DNA of 63,104 nt, counting the filler, from Saprolegnia diclina VS20 (taxonomy: Eukaryota): assembly GCF_000281045.1 (NCBI RefSeq). It is 5 parts of 2 records of this genome, joined end to end, with 100 filler letters (N's around TTAATTAATTAA, not from the genome) between each part and the next. Parts side by side here need not be neighbours in the genome. Positions count along the whole stretch, not along the records: positions 33,794 to 51,802 come from NW_008246069.1; positions 51,903 to 61,941 come from NW_008246069.1; 3 more parts are not named here. One strand, given 5' to 3'. The notes beneath the pieces were generated by a model that saw only the letters and a list, made by a program, of their open reading frames with translations, searched no databases and had not been told where the DNA came from. Each line of letters begins with the position of its first letter. Positions within the stretch are counted from its first letter, which is position 1. The position numbers and the translations under genes are program-made. This document shows positions 49,090 to 60,035 of this stretch, piece after piece.

Positions 49090-51802
49090 ATGTCGAGCGC
49101 GACGCTCGTGCACCGGTACACGCTGGTAGACCCGTTTGTCGATGCGACGTCTCGGTCGTAGGCACGTGTTCGGGCTCAAGGCCAACGTCGCCAACGCAGT
49201 TACGTACGTCGACGACCAGATGGTCGCGTACCCCGCGGGGCACAGCCTCGTGGTCTACGGTATCGACGACAAGAAGCAAAAGTTCATCACGTGCACCGAA
49301 AACACCGAGGGCATCACGTCGCTCTCCGTGTGCCCGAGTCGCCGGCACGCTCGGTCCTCGTAGTCTCTTAAACTCATAGACGACTAGCTTTATCGCGATC
49401 GCCGAGAAGAGCGAGCGGGGCGTCGTCAGCATCTACGACCTCAAGACGCTCAAGAAGCGAAAGGTGCTCACGACCTCCGAGAGCCTCAGCAAGATCTACG
49501 TGAGCATGGAGTTTAGCGCTGACAACCAGCTGCTCTTGACCCAAGGCGGCCCCCCGGACTGGACACTTGTGTGCTGGAACTGGTCCAAAGGCAAAGCTGT
49601 CGCGAGTATGAAGCTCCACAATGCGGCACCGGCGGGAAACGCGGCCGCAAACCCGAGTGCCAACCCGCAGTACGTGACGCAGTGCTCGTTCTCGAACGTC
49701 GACCCGTCGATCGTGTGCTGCACGGGCATCAACTTGATCAAATTCTTCCGCATCGTCGACACGGCGTTCCGGCCCATGCCCATGGCCCGCGTCGACGCCA
49801 CCAACCTCCTCTGCCACACGTGGCTCAAGCAAAAAGAGGACGAAGTCGTCGTCGGCACCGCCGCCGGCGACTTGCTCCTCTTTCGCGTACCAAATTCTGG
49901 AGCGGAAGGTATCGCACTAAGACGACCGTTTCTTAGGCCGGTGAGTTTGTGTGCCGGCTCCTCGCGTCGCCCGGCGACTCGCGCAGCATCGTGTCCATGG
50001 TCTCGACGAGCAAGGGCATCGTCGTCGGCAGCGACAAGTCGATGGTAGTCATAGGCGCCGATATGAAAGGGTCGAGGCGACAATCATGTGGTCTCTAGGT
50101 GAGCTTGTTCTTGGTCAACAGCGACCGGAACGCGCCGGCGACCGAGAGCTTGACGTTCTCCAAGTCGATCAAAGTCGAGAGTGCCATTTCGCGCGTCGTC
50201 GGGCTCACTGTGAGTCCGAACGAGGACATGGTCGTCGCCGCGCTCGCAAGCGCGCAGATCTACATATTCCCGTACCAAATGAAAGACTCGTTCAAGACCG
50301 AGGAAATCGAAGCGCTCGTGACGCCGTTCCATCGGCCAGGCGAGAACGGCTACTTGCACGTGACAGGCATGGACATTTGCGTGCGCAAGCCGACGATTGT
50401 CACGTGTGGCCTCGACAAGACGGTTCGCGTACGTCAACCTTTGCATGTTTCAAACATTTCAATGTTTCAATGGGCAAAGTCTAAGGTATCGAGTAGGTGT
50501 GGAACTACATCGACCGGACGTGCGAAGTCTACAAGCAGTTTACCGAAGAAGCCCATAGCGTCTCCATGCACCCAAGTGGCCTCCATATTCTCGTGGGATT
50601 TGCCGACAAGCTGCGGCTCATGAACGTGCTCATGGACGACATTCGCCCGTTCAAGGAGTTTACGATCAAGGCGTGCCGCGAGTGCCAATTTAGGTAACAA
50701 CTATACTTTCTTGTTCGAAAGTGCACAAGTTGTCATCTAGCACGGGCGGCCATCTCTTTGCGGCCGTGAACGGCAACACGATCCAAGTGTTTTCGATGAA
50801 CACGTGCGACTTGATTGCCAACCTCCGCGGCCACAACGGCAAAGTCCGCAGCTTGTACTGGAACTATGACGACTCGGGCGTCATCAGCGCCGGCATGGAC
50901 GGCGCTGTGTACCAATGGGACCTCGACGAAGCCAAGCGCGACGGCGAGTTTGTTCAGAAAGGTGTCCCGTACTTTTCGGCCGTCTGCAACCGCGAAGGTA
51001 CATATTTTTGTTTATATGCGACAAAAATTATAACTTATTTTCTCCAATACAGGCACGTCGGTGTTTGCTGTCGGCGCCGACAAGATGCTCAAGGAGATCG
51101 AGTTTCCCGCCTCGACGGTATTTGTGAAATGTGTGTTGTGGCACGGACGCGCAACCCTACCCCTAAACGATCGTAGCTCTCGAAAGAGTTTAACGCGGAA
51201 GTGACACTCGGGCAGATCGTGCTCTCCAACTCGCAGCGGATGCTGTTTGCGGGGGCCGTCGAGCCCGACAAACTCGGCACCGTTCGATCGTACAAATTTC
51301 CGCTCACGGGCGAATTTACCGAATTCCAGTGCCTCAGCGGTCCCAGTACGTCGAAATAACTCGGTATTTTGTTCAACACTATGGGCCTAGTCACGCGCAT
51401 GCGCATCTCGTTCGACGACTTGTACCTGCTCGTGTGTGGCGAAGACGGCGTCGTGTGCATTTTCGAGATCCGCGACAAGGAAGGTCGCGCGCGGGCCAAG
51501 GACGGCCGTGAAAACACAGTGTTTGCCGAAGAGATCCTCGTCACCAAGAGCGACCTTGAAGAGAAGAACACGTCGATGGTCGAGCTCAAAAACAAAGTCG
51601 ACGAGCTCACGCTCCACAATGAGTACCAGCTGCGGCTCAAAGACATGAACTACAACGAGCACCTCAAGGAAGTCACGGAAAAATTCACGCACGAGATTGA
51701 GCAAGAGAAGAACAAATTTGAGCTCTTGCGCGAAGACAAGAACGACATTGAGATGGAGTACGAGGAGCGCGTCAAGCAAATGGAAGAAAAACACGAGCAG
51801 CA
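49090..51802 (+). CDS. CFAP57: Cilia- and flagella-associated protein 57 (WDR65); 3'-truncated by the contig end
   Basis: [94 protein letters not shown]. Confidence 0.93.
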
Positions 51803-51902
51803 NNNNNNNNNNNNNNNNNNNNNNNNNNNNNNNNNNNNNNNNNNNNTTAATTAATTAANNNNNNNNNNNNNNNNNNNNNNNNNNNNNNNNNNNNNNNNNN
51901 NN
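51803..51902. other. Artificial contig linker
   Basis: N44-TTAATTAATTAA-N44. Confidence 0.98.
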
Positions 51903-52106
51903 GCGCGGATCGCCACGCGGCAAATCTTGCTGGACGCGACGCCATTCTGTGCAACCCAGCATGTCGAAGGCTGTCGACCGGCGTGCGCAGAGACGTGCTC
52001 GGCTCTGAATGTTGGCGACAACGTGTGTACTCTGGGCTGCTTCTCGGCGGCTTGTGCGTGGGACGGCGACGACTGTACCAAGTTTGGCGTCCTCGACGTA
52101 CACTAA
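51903..52106 (+). CDS. 3' end of a gene terminating in an LNR (Lin-12/Notch) repeat
   Basis: Open frame from the contig start: ...CAETCSALNVGDNVCTLGCFSAACAWDGDDC...VH*. Not present in the ORF track. Confidence 0.7.
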   Translation, partial: ARIATRQILLDATPFCATQHVEGCRPACAETCSALNVGDNVCTLGCFSAACAWDGDDCTKFGVLDVH

Positions 52107-52160
52107 AACTAGTCTTGTACACAGTAACAACACCAATAGAGACATTGATGTCAAAGGGTC

Positions 52161-55100
52161 TTAGAAGAGCTTGGCACAGGTCGAGGTGCGGGGGTGCTCG
52201 GGCACACACGCCACGTGTCGCAGGAACGGGTGCGCGAGGGCTTCGTGCGGGCGTATTCTCTCGGCCGGGTTCTTGGCCAGCATGCGAGCAATCTAAGGGA
52301 TTGTCCGACGATGTATACGAGCACAAGAACGTACGAGGTCCTTGGCGTCGTCGGATATGTGCGACCACTCCTCCGGATGAAAGAAGTACGTGACCGCCTT
52401 GTTGAGTAAAATGAGCTCCTTGTCGTTGATCGCATAGAACGGCTCGTAGCCACAAAGGAGCGTGTACAGCACGACGCCCGCCTAGGACTCTTTCTCAAAA
52501 ATGTGAATCTCAATCACAAAACGATGTTACCGAAAACATATCGACGTGGGGCGGGTACGGCTCTTGGACGCCGGCTGTGAGGATCTCGGGGGCTACATAG
52601 CCCGGCGTGCCACACCTAGTACCATGTATAACAAACCTATAGAGACAATATGTCCATACAATCGATGACGTACCGTCCAAGAAGCATGCCGTTGGACTCG
52701 AGGAACGCACCCATGCCAAAGTCGGCCAGCTTGAGCACACACGGTCTAGTATATCGGTATAAATGAGTAATCTTTCAAAAAAAGAAAATACTCGTACCGG
52801 TCGGTGGACCCTATGGTCGTCTGCACATCGAGTGCCAAGTTGGAGATCTTGACGTCACGATGGGCAATGCCATTTTCCAGGCAAAATTGAATGCTCTGGA
52901 CGAGGTGCGTCATGACGAGCGCGGCCTGGGGTTCTGACAGCGGTCCGTGGGTCACAATGTGGTCATATATGTCCCCGCCGGCCATGAGCTCCATCTCCAT
53001 CACCTAATGCATAGTTCTCATGTCGAGAGCACATTCGTCATGTAAATGCATACCAAATGGTCGTGCGTCTCAAAGAGCGAGAGGAGCCGCACGACGTAGC
53101 CGTGGTGCGGCACGCCATGGCCCCGCAGCGTGAGCACACTCTGCGTGAGCACTTCACGAAACAGCGTGTCGTTGCGCTCGACACCTTCCTGCACGAGGTC
53201 CCTAGACAAAGCCAGTCGCAACGACAACCCTAAACGCAGATCTACCAAAACGCAGCCTTGTCGATGACCTTGATCGCACATTCGTGGCTGCAGCGCGCAA
53301 GGTGTTTGCGCTCGGCGCGCTTGACCATCGCAAACCGCCCTTTGCCGAGCTCCATGTCGTCGTCACCAAAGAGGTCCCGGATCTCGAGCCGACTGGCGCG
53401 CACAAGCGCTGCTTTCCACTAGACACACATATCGAAAAACGACTAGATGAGACAAGTGGTACCTCGTTGAACGCCAACAGCGTGTCAAAGCACCACTGAA
53501 GCGTCGTGACGCCGTCGTCACGCAGAGCCGATGACGCGACCGAGACCGTCAGTTGGTGCTCGTCATGCACCGACGTGTCGACGATCGACGCTTCGTGCAA
53601 ATTGGTAAAGCCCACCGGCTGCACATCGCGCTCATCCAGGAATTCCGTCAGCTGGTTGCGGAAGAGCACCACAAAGCGCCGACGCCACTAGATGTATCCA
53701 TCGTCAAATCAGACAATGAAACTCAGAATCCAGACTCCAGACAAAAATGGGGTACCTTGGTGCAGTGCGGGGGCTTGAGATAGACCCAGCCACGGCGTTC
53801 ATCGAGGCAGTTGACGTCGCAGCCAGCGCCCATATGGCCCCGCGCTTGCAGAAACGACGCCGACATGTCGTTCCAGAGACTCGAGAGGATCCACACGTCC
53901 GGTGTCCGCAACCGCCGCAGCGGCGACAGCGCCGGCAGCACGGGCGACGTCTCGACTTCGACGGGGATTTCGTGAATCGGTGCAAAGGTCGCCGAGTTGG
54001 ACCGGGTCGCCGGTGGCGGGCGCAGCACAAACGCCCCGTGGACGCTCACTTCGTCGCCCAAGTACGCGTGCGTGCTGTTGCTCGTGTTGGCGTTGTGGTA
54101 CGACGTGAAGCACTTGCGCACGATCGAGTCGACGACGTGCTTGGGCGACTCCTCTTGCAGCTGCGGACACGTAATGGTCATGTGGTCGCCACGGCAGTTG
54201 CCGCAGACAATACTTTTGCTCGATTTGCGCCGGAAGAGCGGCGCGTCACTTGAAGACGCTAGCTTCGGGCAGAGCATCGTCATGTGCTCCCCGCCGCAGC
54301 CGCCACACACAAGCGCCTTCTTGGGCGGCGGTGCCAGCAGCGGACACGCGATCGAGATGTGGTCGCCGCGGCAGTTGCCACAAACAACAGCTTTAAGCGG
54401 CGTTGGTGCCAAGCCATGGCAGTCGATTGTCTTGTGGTCGCCGCGGCAGTTGCCACACACTATTGGTTTCGCAGGCGGCGCGCCAACAGCAAGCAGAGGA
54501 CATGCCATCGAGAGGTGGTCGCCGCGGCAGTTGCCGCAGATAGCCCCGCCTTTGGGCGGCGTTGGCGGTGCCAAGCTGTGACAGTCGAGCGTCTTGTGGT
54601 CGCCGCGGCAGTTGCCACATACGATTGGCTTCTTGGACGTTGTCGGCGCGATGCTCTCGACAATGGGCGGGGCCAGCGACGGACATGCAACCGTCATGTG
54701 CGGGCCCTGGCAGCCGCCGCAGGTCTTGGCCTTCTCTGGGCTCCACGTCGGGTTGAGCGGACTGTTGTCAATGTTGTGAACACTACAGGACACAGTCTTC
54801 AGTTTGCTCGGACGATTGTCAGAGTTGATACCTAATGTCGCCGTCGTGGTGCATGCTCGTGACCATGAGCTTCTGGAAGAGCACGTCCATCTTCTCTTCC
54901 CACGACTTGATGGGCTTGGCGGCGACGGTAACCTTGGGCGGGCTCGCTTGCGCCGGCGCGCGGTGCGTCGTTGGCGTGACCACAGGCGTCGGTACCTATC
55001 TTCTGCGTGATGCTTTCACTCAAATTCGGACCCTGTACCTTGGCATCGAGCTTTTGGAGCGACACGGCCGTATGCGAAGCGAGATGACCGCGCATATGAA

Positions 55101-55434
55101 TGAGCTTGAAACAACTCACGCAGTACGGGTCATGGCAGCAGCCGTTGCACGTCAGGCTAGCAGGCGCGAGCTCGCAGTAGACGCACGTTCGGTCGTGTGC
55201 ATCGGCCTCGATCTCGTCGCCATGCGCCTCGATCGAGAGCCGGCCCTTCTTCTTCGTGACGACCATAGCCTGCTTGGCCCGCTGCTGCATGAACCAGATG
55301 CGCCAGCTCGCATTCTCGAGGCGGACGGCCTCGCTGAGGAAGCGCTTCATGGTCGAGAAGGACTGCCATGGCTTGCGCACAAAGTCCTCGGGGAGCGCGT
55401 CGCGGCCGCCACGTCGGGCGCTTCCGAAGTCCAT
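52161..55434 (-). CDS. Multidomain CAMK-group Ser/Thr kinase: DUF1752-like motif, B-box, 7 zinc knuckles, PH domain, kinase; multi-exon
   Basis: RLENASWRIW; CVYC..CNGC..YCVSC...H....H; 7x CX2CX3HX4C; RRGWVYLK..WRRRFVVL; LGKGRFAMV, AIKVIDK, HRDVKISN, LADFG, CGTPGYVAPE, DMFSAGV. The exons join in frame through GT-AG introns. Confidence 0.88.
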
Positions 55435-55829
55435 CGTCTTGGCTTCTGCGTCAAGTAATCTTTCGCCGATTTCACGGACCCTCTAGTATGGGGCCCTATG
55501 CTATCTTGCATTTTATATGCGGCGTCCATCTCACAACAGGGTGGGCCCCATCCAACGTATTCTTCACGTGTGGCATGACGTGGGATTTTAAAACACACGT
55601 TATTCCGCCTGATTTACTGGCGGTCGATGATAAACCACCTTGTGAAAAACTGTGTGAAGAATTCGTGCGGACGTGAGAAATGGCAACTCCCGCACATTAT
55701 GGTCGTCATGACGTGGCTTGCTATCCTGCATGCTGCGGACTGTACAAGTTGTCTGCAAGGTGCTAGGTACTAAACCCGATATTGACGCACAGTCTTTGAT
55801 TAGATACCTTAATTAGACGATGAAAAAAG

Positions 55830-56483
55830 TTAGTCGAACCACTTGAACTCGTAGTCGAACGACTCCTTGGCCGCGCGCCCGAGCTTGGCCATCTCCTCGA
55901 TGAGCACGTCGCGGCCCGTGAGGCGTAGAGTCGCGTCGTCCTTCTTGAGCGCGTCTTGCACGAGCTTGTAGAAGGACGTGAACGTCGTCTCGACCATGCG
56001 GCTGTCGTCCGAGTCGGAGAACCAGTAGTCGTAGCGCTCCATGTTCATAAAGATGGCAATGAGGACGCAAAGCGCCTGCGAGTGCTTGCCTTCCTTGAGC
56101 ATCTTGCGCGCGACCGCCATCTCCTTCTTGAGCACCATCTGCATCGGGTACGACGACGACGTGTTGAACATGGAAAAACCACCATCGTCGTCGTTGTCCG
56201 TCGCCTTCATGAGCGCGGCCGTGATCGCATCGAGCTTCTTGAGCGTCGGTTCGCGGGGCACGGTCACCTGGCGCACAGGCTTATCCGCGTCCTTGCGCGC
56301 ACGCTTGGCCGACGGCTCGGCCGCTTCGTCTTCGTCCTCTTCGTCCTCTTCCTCGTCTTCTTCATCTTCCTCGTCGTTGCTCTCGAAGTTAAAGGTGAAC
56401 ATGTCGTCGGCCGGCGCGGCCACCGCGGCAGGCGCCGGCGTCGTCGTCGTCGTCGTCGTCGTCGTAGCGGCCTTGGCACTCAT
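55830..56483 (-). CDS. Hypothetical protein with poly-Thr and acidic N-terminus plus a helical domain
   Basis: Intact intronless ORF with a (gac)n microsatellite encoding poly-T, a D/E tract and a KRAR motif. Its paralogue lies next to it. Confidence 0.8.
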   Translation of the reverse strand: MSAKAATTTTTTTTTPAPAAVAAPADDMFTFNFESNDEEDEEDEEEDEEDEDEAAEPSAKRARKDADKPVRQVTVPREPTLKKLDAITAALMKATDNDDDGGFSMFNTSSSYPMQMVLKKEMAVARKMLKEGKHSQALCVLIAIFMNMERYDYWFSDSDDSRMVETTFTSFYKLVQDALKKDDATLRLTGRDVLIEEMAKLGRAAKESFDYEFKWFD

Positions 56484-57016
56484 CTTGGTCAACAGAAAAT
56501 GTGGATGCAATTGCACCATTTAAAAAAATAACTTACGTGTTTGTATACTATTTTTAATAATGGATGGATTCCTTTCCCGCCACCGAGGGTCCATTCAGCC
56601 TCGAGACTTCGCTGACCAAGCCAGGGGGCCATGCATTCGGCGCCCCGAGAGGACGGACGACGTGGTGAATGCATCATGAAGGACCCTTGCCGACGCGGTC
56701 CAGCCATTCCGTAGCTGTGTTAATACCAGTAGTGTAGCCAGCAACGACTACTCCATGGAGGTCGTGCTTGGCTATCTTGCTTTCATTGCCCAACTGCAGC
56801 AGACGACAGATACCCGTGGTACAAGTTGCTTGCCTTCTTCCTGGGAAATGGCAACTAGGGACTGAGAGAATTCTGCGCCTGGTGGACTCTGCGGCAAGCA
56901 TGGTCTCGTTGACCGTCCCGCGCCGGATGGCCTTTAATAGGCCGCAAACGTCAACACGAATACACAAGACGCTTACAGTGTATTGCCAGAAATTCTATAT
57001 TGCATAGAGCGCGTCC

Positions 57017-58045
57017 TTACTTGGTCGTTGGCTTGAACCAATGGCACGTGTGGTTGCCATACATGCGAATCTCGTTGCCGTACGTCGTGAGCTCTTCGAG
57101 CAGCACGTCGCGGCCGCGCAGTCTGAGCGCAGCGTCGTCGTGCCGGAAGAGCTCGAGCCAGAGCTTGTAGAACGCATTCATGATGCCGTGCACGTTGTCC
57201 GGCCGGTCCGTGGCGGCCACCCAGTACCGGAGGTCCTGCATGTTGAGAAAGACCACGACAGCAACGCCAATAGCGTTTGTGAGACGCTATTCCTTGAGCT
57301 CGCGCCGCGCGTACGCAATGTCCCGCTTGAAAATGGCTTGCAGCGGGTACGACGACGCGATCGTGAGCCGGCAAATCGTGTCGCCGACGTTGCCCGTTGC
57401 GGTGAGGAACTCGTCGCGGATCGACGCCTTCTCCGCCGTCGGCTTGTTGGGCACGTCGACGATGCGCCGCCGTGGGTCGTCCGGGCTCAATGGCAGGACC
57501 CCTGGTCACCCAGGGGGGTCAAGGCTTACCCTAGGGTAGACCCGCCATGATGGCAGCCCCCCGCCCCTCATACATCCCTGTTTGTAGATTGCCCCTAGGG
57601 TACGAGACCCCAGCCCAGACCCCTATGACCGGATATGTGCCGGATATATGCCAGATAAAACAGATAACCATCACTCATGAGTGATGGTCCTCGGTGTGCC
57701 ACACCGCTCCAGGATATGCTCAATTGCGAAGAGGAAGACGTCTTCTATCGCCACAACGAAGTGGCGTTCGGGTGCAATATCTCGTGCAAGCATTATACCC
57801 AACGTTTGTCTCTAACAAAGCAGCGTACAATGCTCTGGAAGTGTCCCGGGGGTCATGCGCCACCCTAGGGTAGGGTCAGGATAGGCCCGGACCCCACCCT
57901 CAGAGCTCTTTGGGACCCTAGGGTAGGCCCTCCGACCCCAAGGCCCCCCGAGGTTTTGCCCAGGCTTTTGTAACAGATACATGGGTGACCGGGGGTCCTT
58001 CAATGGCGCGTCGGTAAAGTCGAGCAGCATGCGCTCAACCTCCAT
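57017..58045 (-). pseudogene. Pseudogenised paralogue of the 55830-56483 gene, interrupted by a MITE and a premature TAG
   Basis: SSYPLQAIFKRDIAYARRELKE versus SSYPMQMVLKKEMAVARKMLKE; FYKL..HDDAALRLRGRDVLLEEL versus FYKL..KDDATLRLTGRDVLIEEM. In-frame stop at 57287-57289. Confidence 0.85.
57495..57999. mobile_element. Non-autonomous DNA transposon (MITE), 505 bp, 18-bp TIRs, 8-bp TSD
   Basis: Left TIR aggacccctggtcaccca (57495-57512), right TIR tgggtgaccgggggtcct (57982-57999), 17/18 complementary. TSD tcaatggc at 57487-57494 and 58000-58007. Confidence 0.92.
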
Positions 58046-58371
58046 GATCGTCTTCAGAAATATGGGCAGACTGTGCGACCACGATTTTATTTATTTTTAT
58101 CCGAGTGTTTGTATGCCGCGACGCGTATTCATCATTGTATTATTCGGTAGGTCCCCCATAGTAGGAGGTAGTGCAGGAGAGGGTGGTAAATACCCTTGGA
58201 TAGGATCAACTGCAAGGCAGTCAAGATGGGGGCAGACGTCTTGTGTGCATGTGGCCACTCTAAAGCCCAAGAAGCGTCCAATAGTTGAGAACACCTTCCA
58301 TCGCTGCAGTGTACACCTTGCTTAATCTTATTCGACGCATCAACAAGCTGGCTCGTACGTAGCAGCACGGC

Positions 58372-59292
58372 TCAATAAAACGCGGAGTTGACCCACGAAC
58401 CGTACAACCGAGCGCGCCGACGTCGGGCACCGCCTCTGAGGTGCTCGATGGGCTTGAACTGGTACACGTAGCGTGCAATCACGCGGCAAACGGTCGTCGG
58501 CAGCGCCAGCGCAAAGACGAGGCGCGTGTGCTGCCACGTCACACGGCGCTTGTACGTGGCGCAGCAACACGCAAGGGTCGGCTCCATGCGCGCCTCCCGA
58601 AAGCAAAAGACAAAGACGATTTGGCCGGCACCGAGTGGGTCGAGCTGGACGAGGGTCGACGTGACGCGCAACATCTTGGTCGCGAGCGCTGTGCGCACGA
58701 CAGCGGCGTCCAAGGGCAGGCGCGGCGTCAAGGTCCACCACGCCAGCAAGCGCAAGACAAATTCCTCATCGTTCGCGTCGAGAGCGGCCAGGACCATATC
58801 AGTGCCATGGCTCTGGGTACCCGCTGGGATTAGACCGTCGAGGTGCTGCACCAAGGCCAAGTTGCCGCTGCGACAAGCAAGTGCCAAGTGCCCGTCGCCT
58901 TGAAACGTACGTGCGTCCCAGGTCCAGAGCCCACCTTTGTCCAGCTGCACGAGGTAGTCGATCATGGCGGGGGCCACACCGTGCGCGCACGCATAGAGCA
59001 TCACGTCATGGCCTGCGCGGTCGGTCGGATACAGCAGCGCGCCGTGCGCCACGAGCAGCTCGAACATCGCGATCGGGTTCGGCGACCGCGTCGCCAGCAT
59101 GAGCGGCCGCACGTGCTTCTTCCAGCGGTCCCCCGTGTTGATGAGAGACCGCATTTCCTCGGTAATTCCTCGGACGCGGTTGAGGTCGCCGTCGAGAACG
59201 GCGGTCGCAAGGGCCATTACGTCTGCGTGCGGCGCCACGTAGTGCGTTTTATGCTGGTCGCGCATGCGCTTGTCGTCAAAAGTCAACAACAT
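58372..59292 (-). CDS. Ankyrin-repeat protein, intronless
   Basis: ALATAVLDGDLNRVR, PLMLAT...MFELLVAHGA, MLYACAHG...IDYLV, LALACRSGNLALVQHL. Confidence 0.8.
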   Translation of the reverse strand: MLLTFDDKRMRDQHKTHYVAPHADVMALATAVLDGDLNRVRGITEEMRSLINTGDRWKKHVRPLMLATRSPNPIAMFELLVAHGALLYPTDRAGHDVMLYACAHGVAPAMIDYLVQLDKGGLWTWDARTFQGDGHLALACRSGNLALVQHLDGLIPAGTQSHGTDMVLAALDANDEEFVLRLLAWWTLTPRLPLDAAVVRTALATKMLRVTSTLVQLDPLGAGQIVFVFCFREARMEPTLACCCATYKRRVTWQHTRLVFALALPTTVCRVIARYVYQFKPIEHLRGGARRRRARLYGSWVNSAFY

Positions 59293-60035
59293 AGCGCCCC
59301 GCAACAGCGCGACAGCACCCGACCGTTGCCACTCGTGTCGCCTCCCAACGCTGCATTCGTGATGGGCAAAGACCTGCCCGTTGGAGAACACTTCACGGTG
59401 AAGGCCTCCAACGGCCATTACGGATCAACCTTGACAAAACACCAAGCCAACCAGGTTAGCGACGTGAGCTAGCGACGTGTGTTCTTGGCGCTTCACGGTA
59501 CCACAAGACTCTGTCGTGGGCAGTGGGTACTCGTAAGCTCAACTTGATGGGGTGCTCGGTTGGCTTCTTTTCACGGCAAGCGCGTCGTTCCGCTCTGCAG
59601 CTACTTGTTGAACCCTCCTTGCCGTTTGACGGATCGTGCCACGCTTGACCCTCGGTTGAAGTTGCGTTGGCCAATGCAATCTCCAACCGGCTACAAGGTG
59701 CAATATTCGAGCGTAGACCGACGACATTTATCTCGTCTTTTCTACTCGAACGCTGTCTTGTGCGCTACACGACTGCCTTGTGGGCGTGTCGCGCCGTTGT
59801 ACGAAGGGCCCGCCGCCTGCGACGGAGCGCGGGGCTGGGAATTTCGAACTCCACGGATCTTCCGCCGGCTTCGGCTTTGCCAGGTTTCTGACCTGGTCGA
59901 TGCCCGCGCCGTGATTGGTTCATTTCTCAACCGTCGCTTGCCGCTGATTGGTTGACGCAGAAAGGCGGGCAAGGATACCGAAGGAAGCAACGCCGAGGTC
60001 GCGCGCCCGCCGTCTCCATCCATAGCACAATCCGC

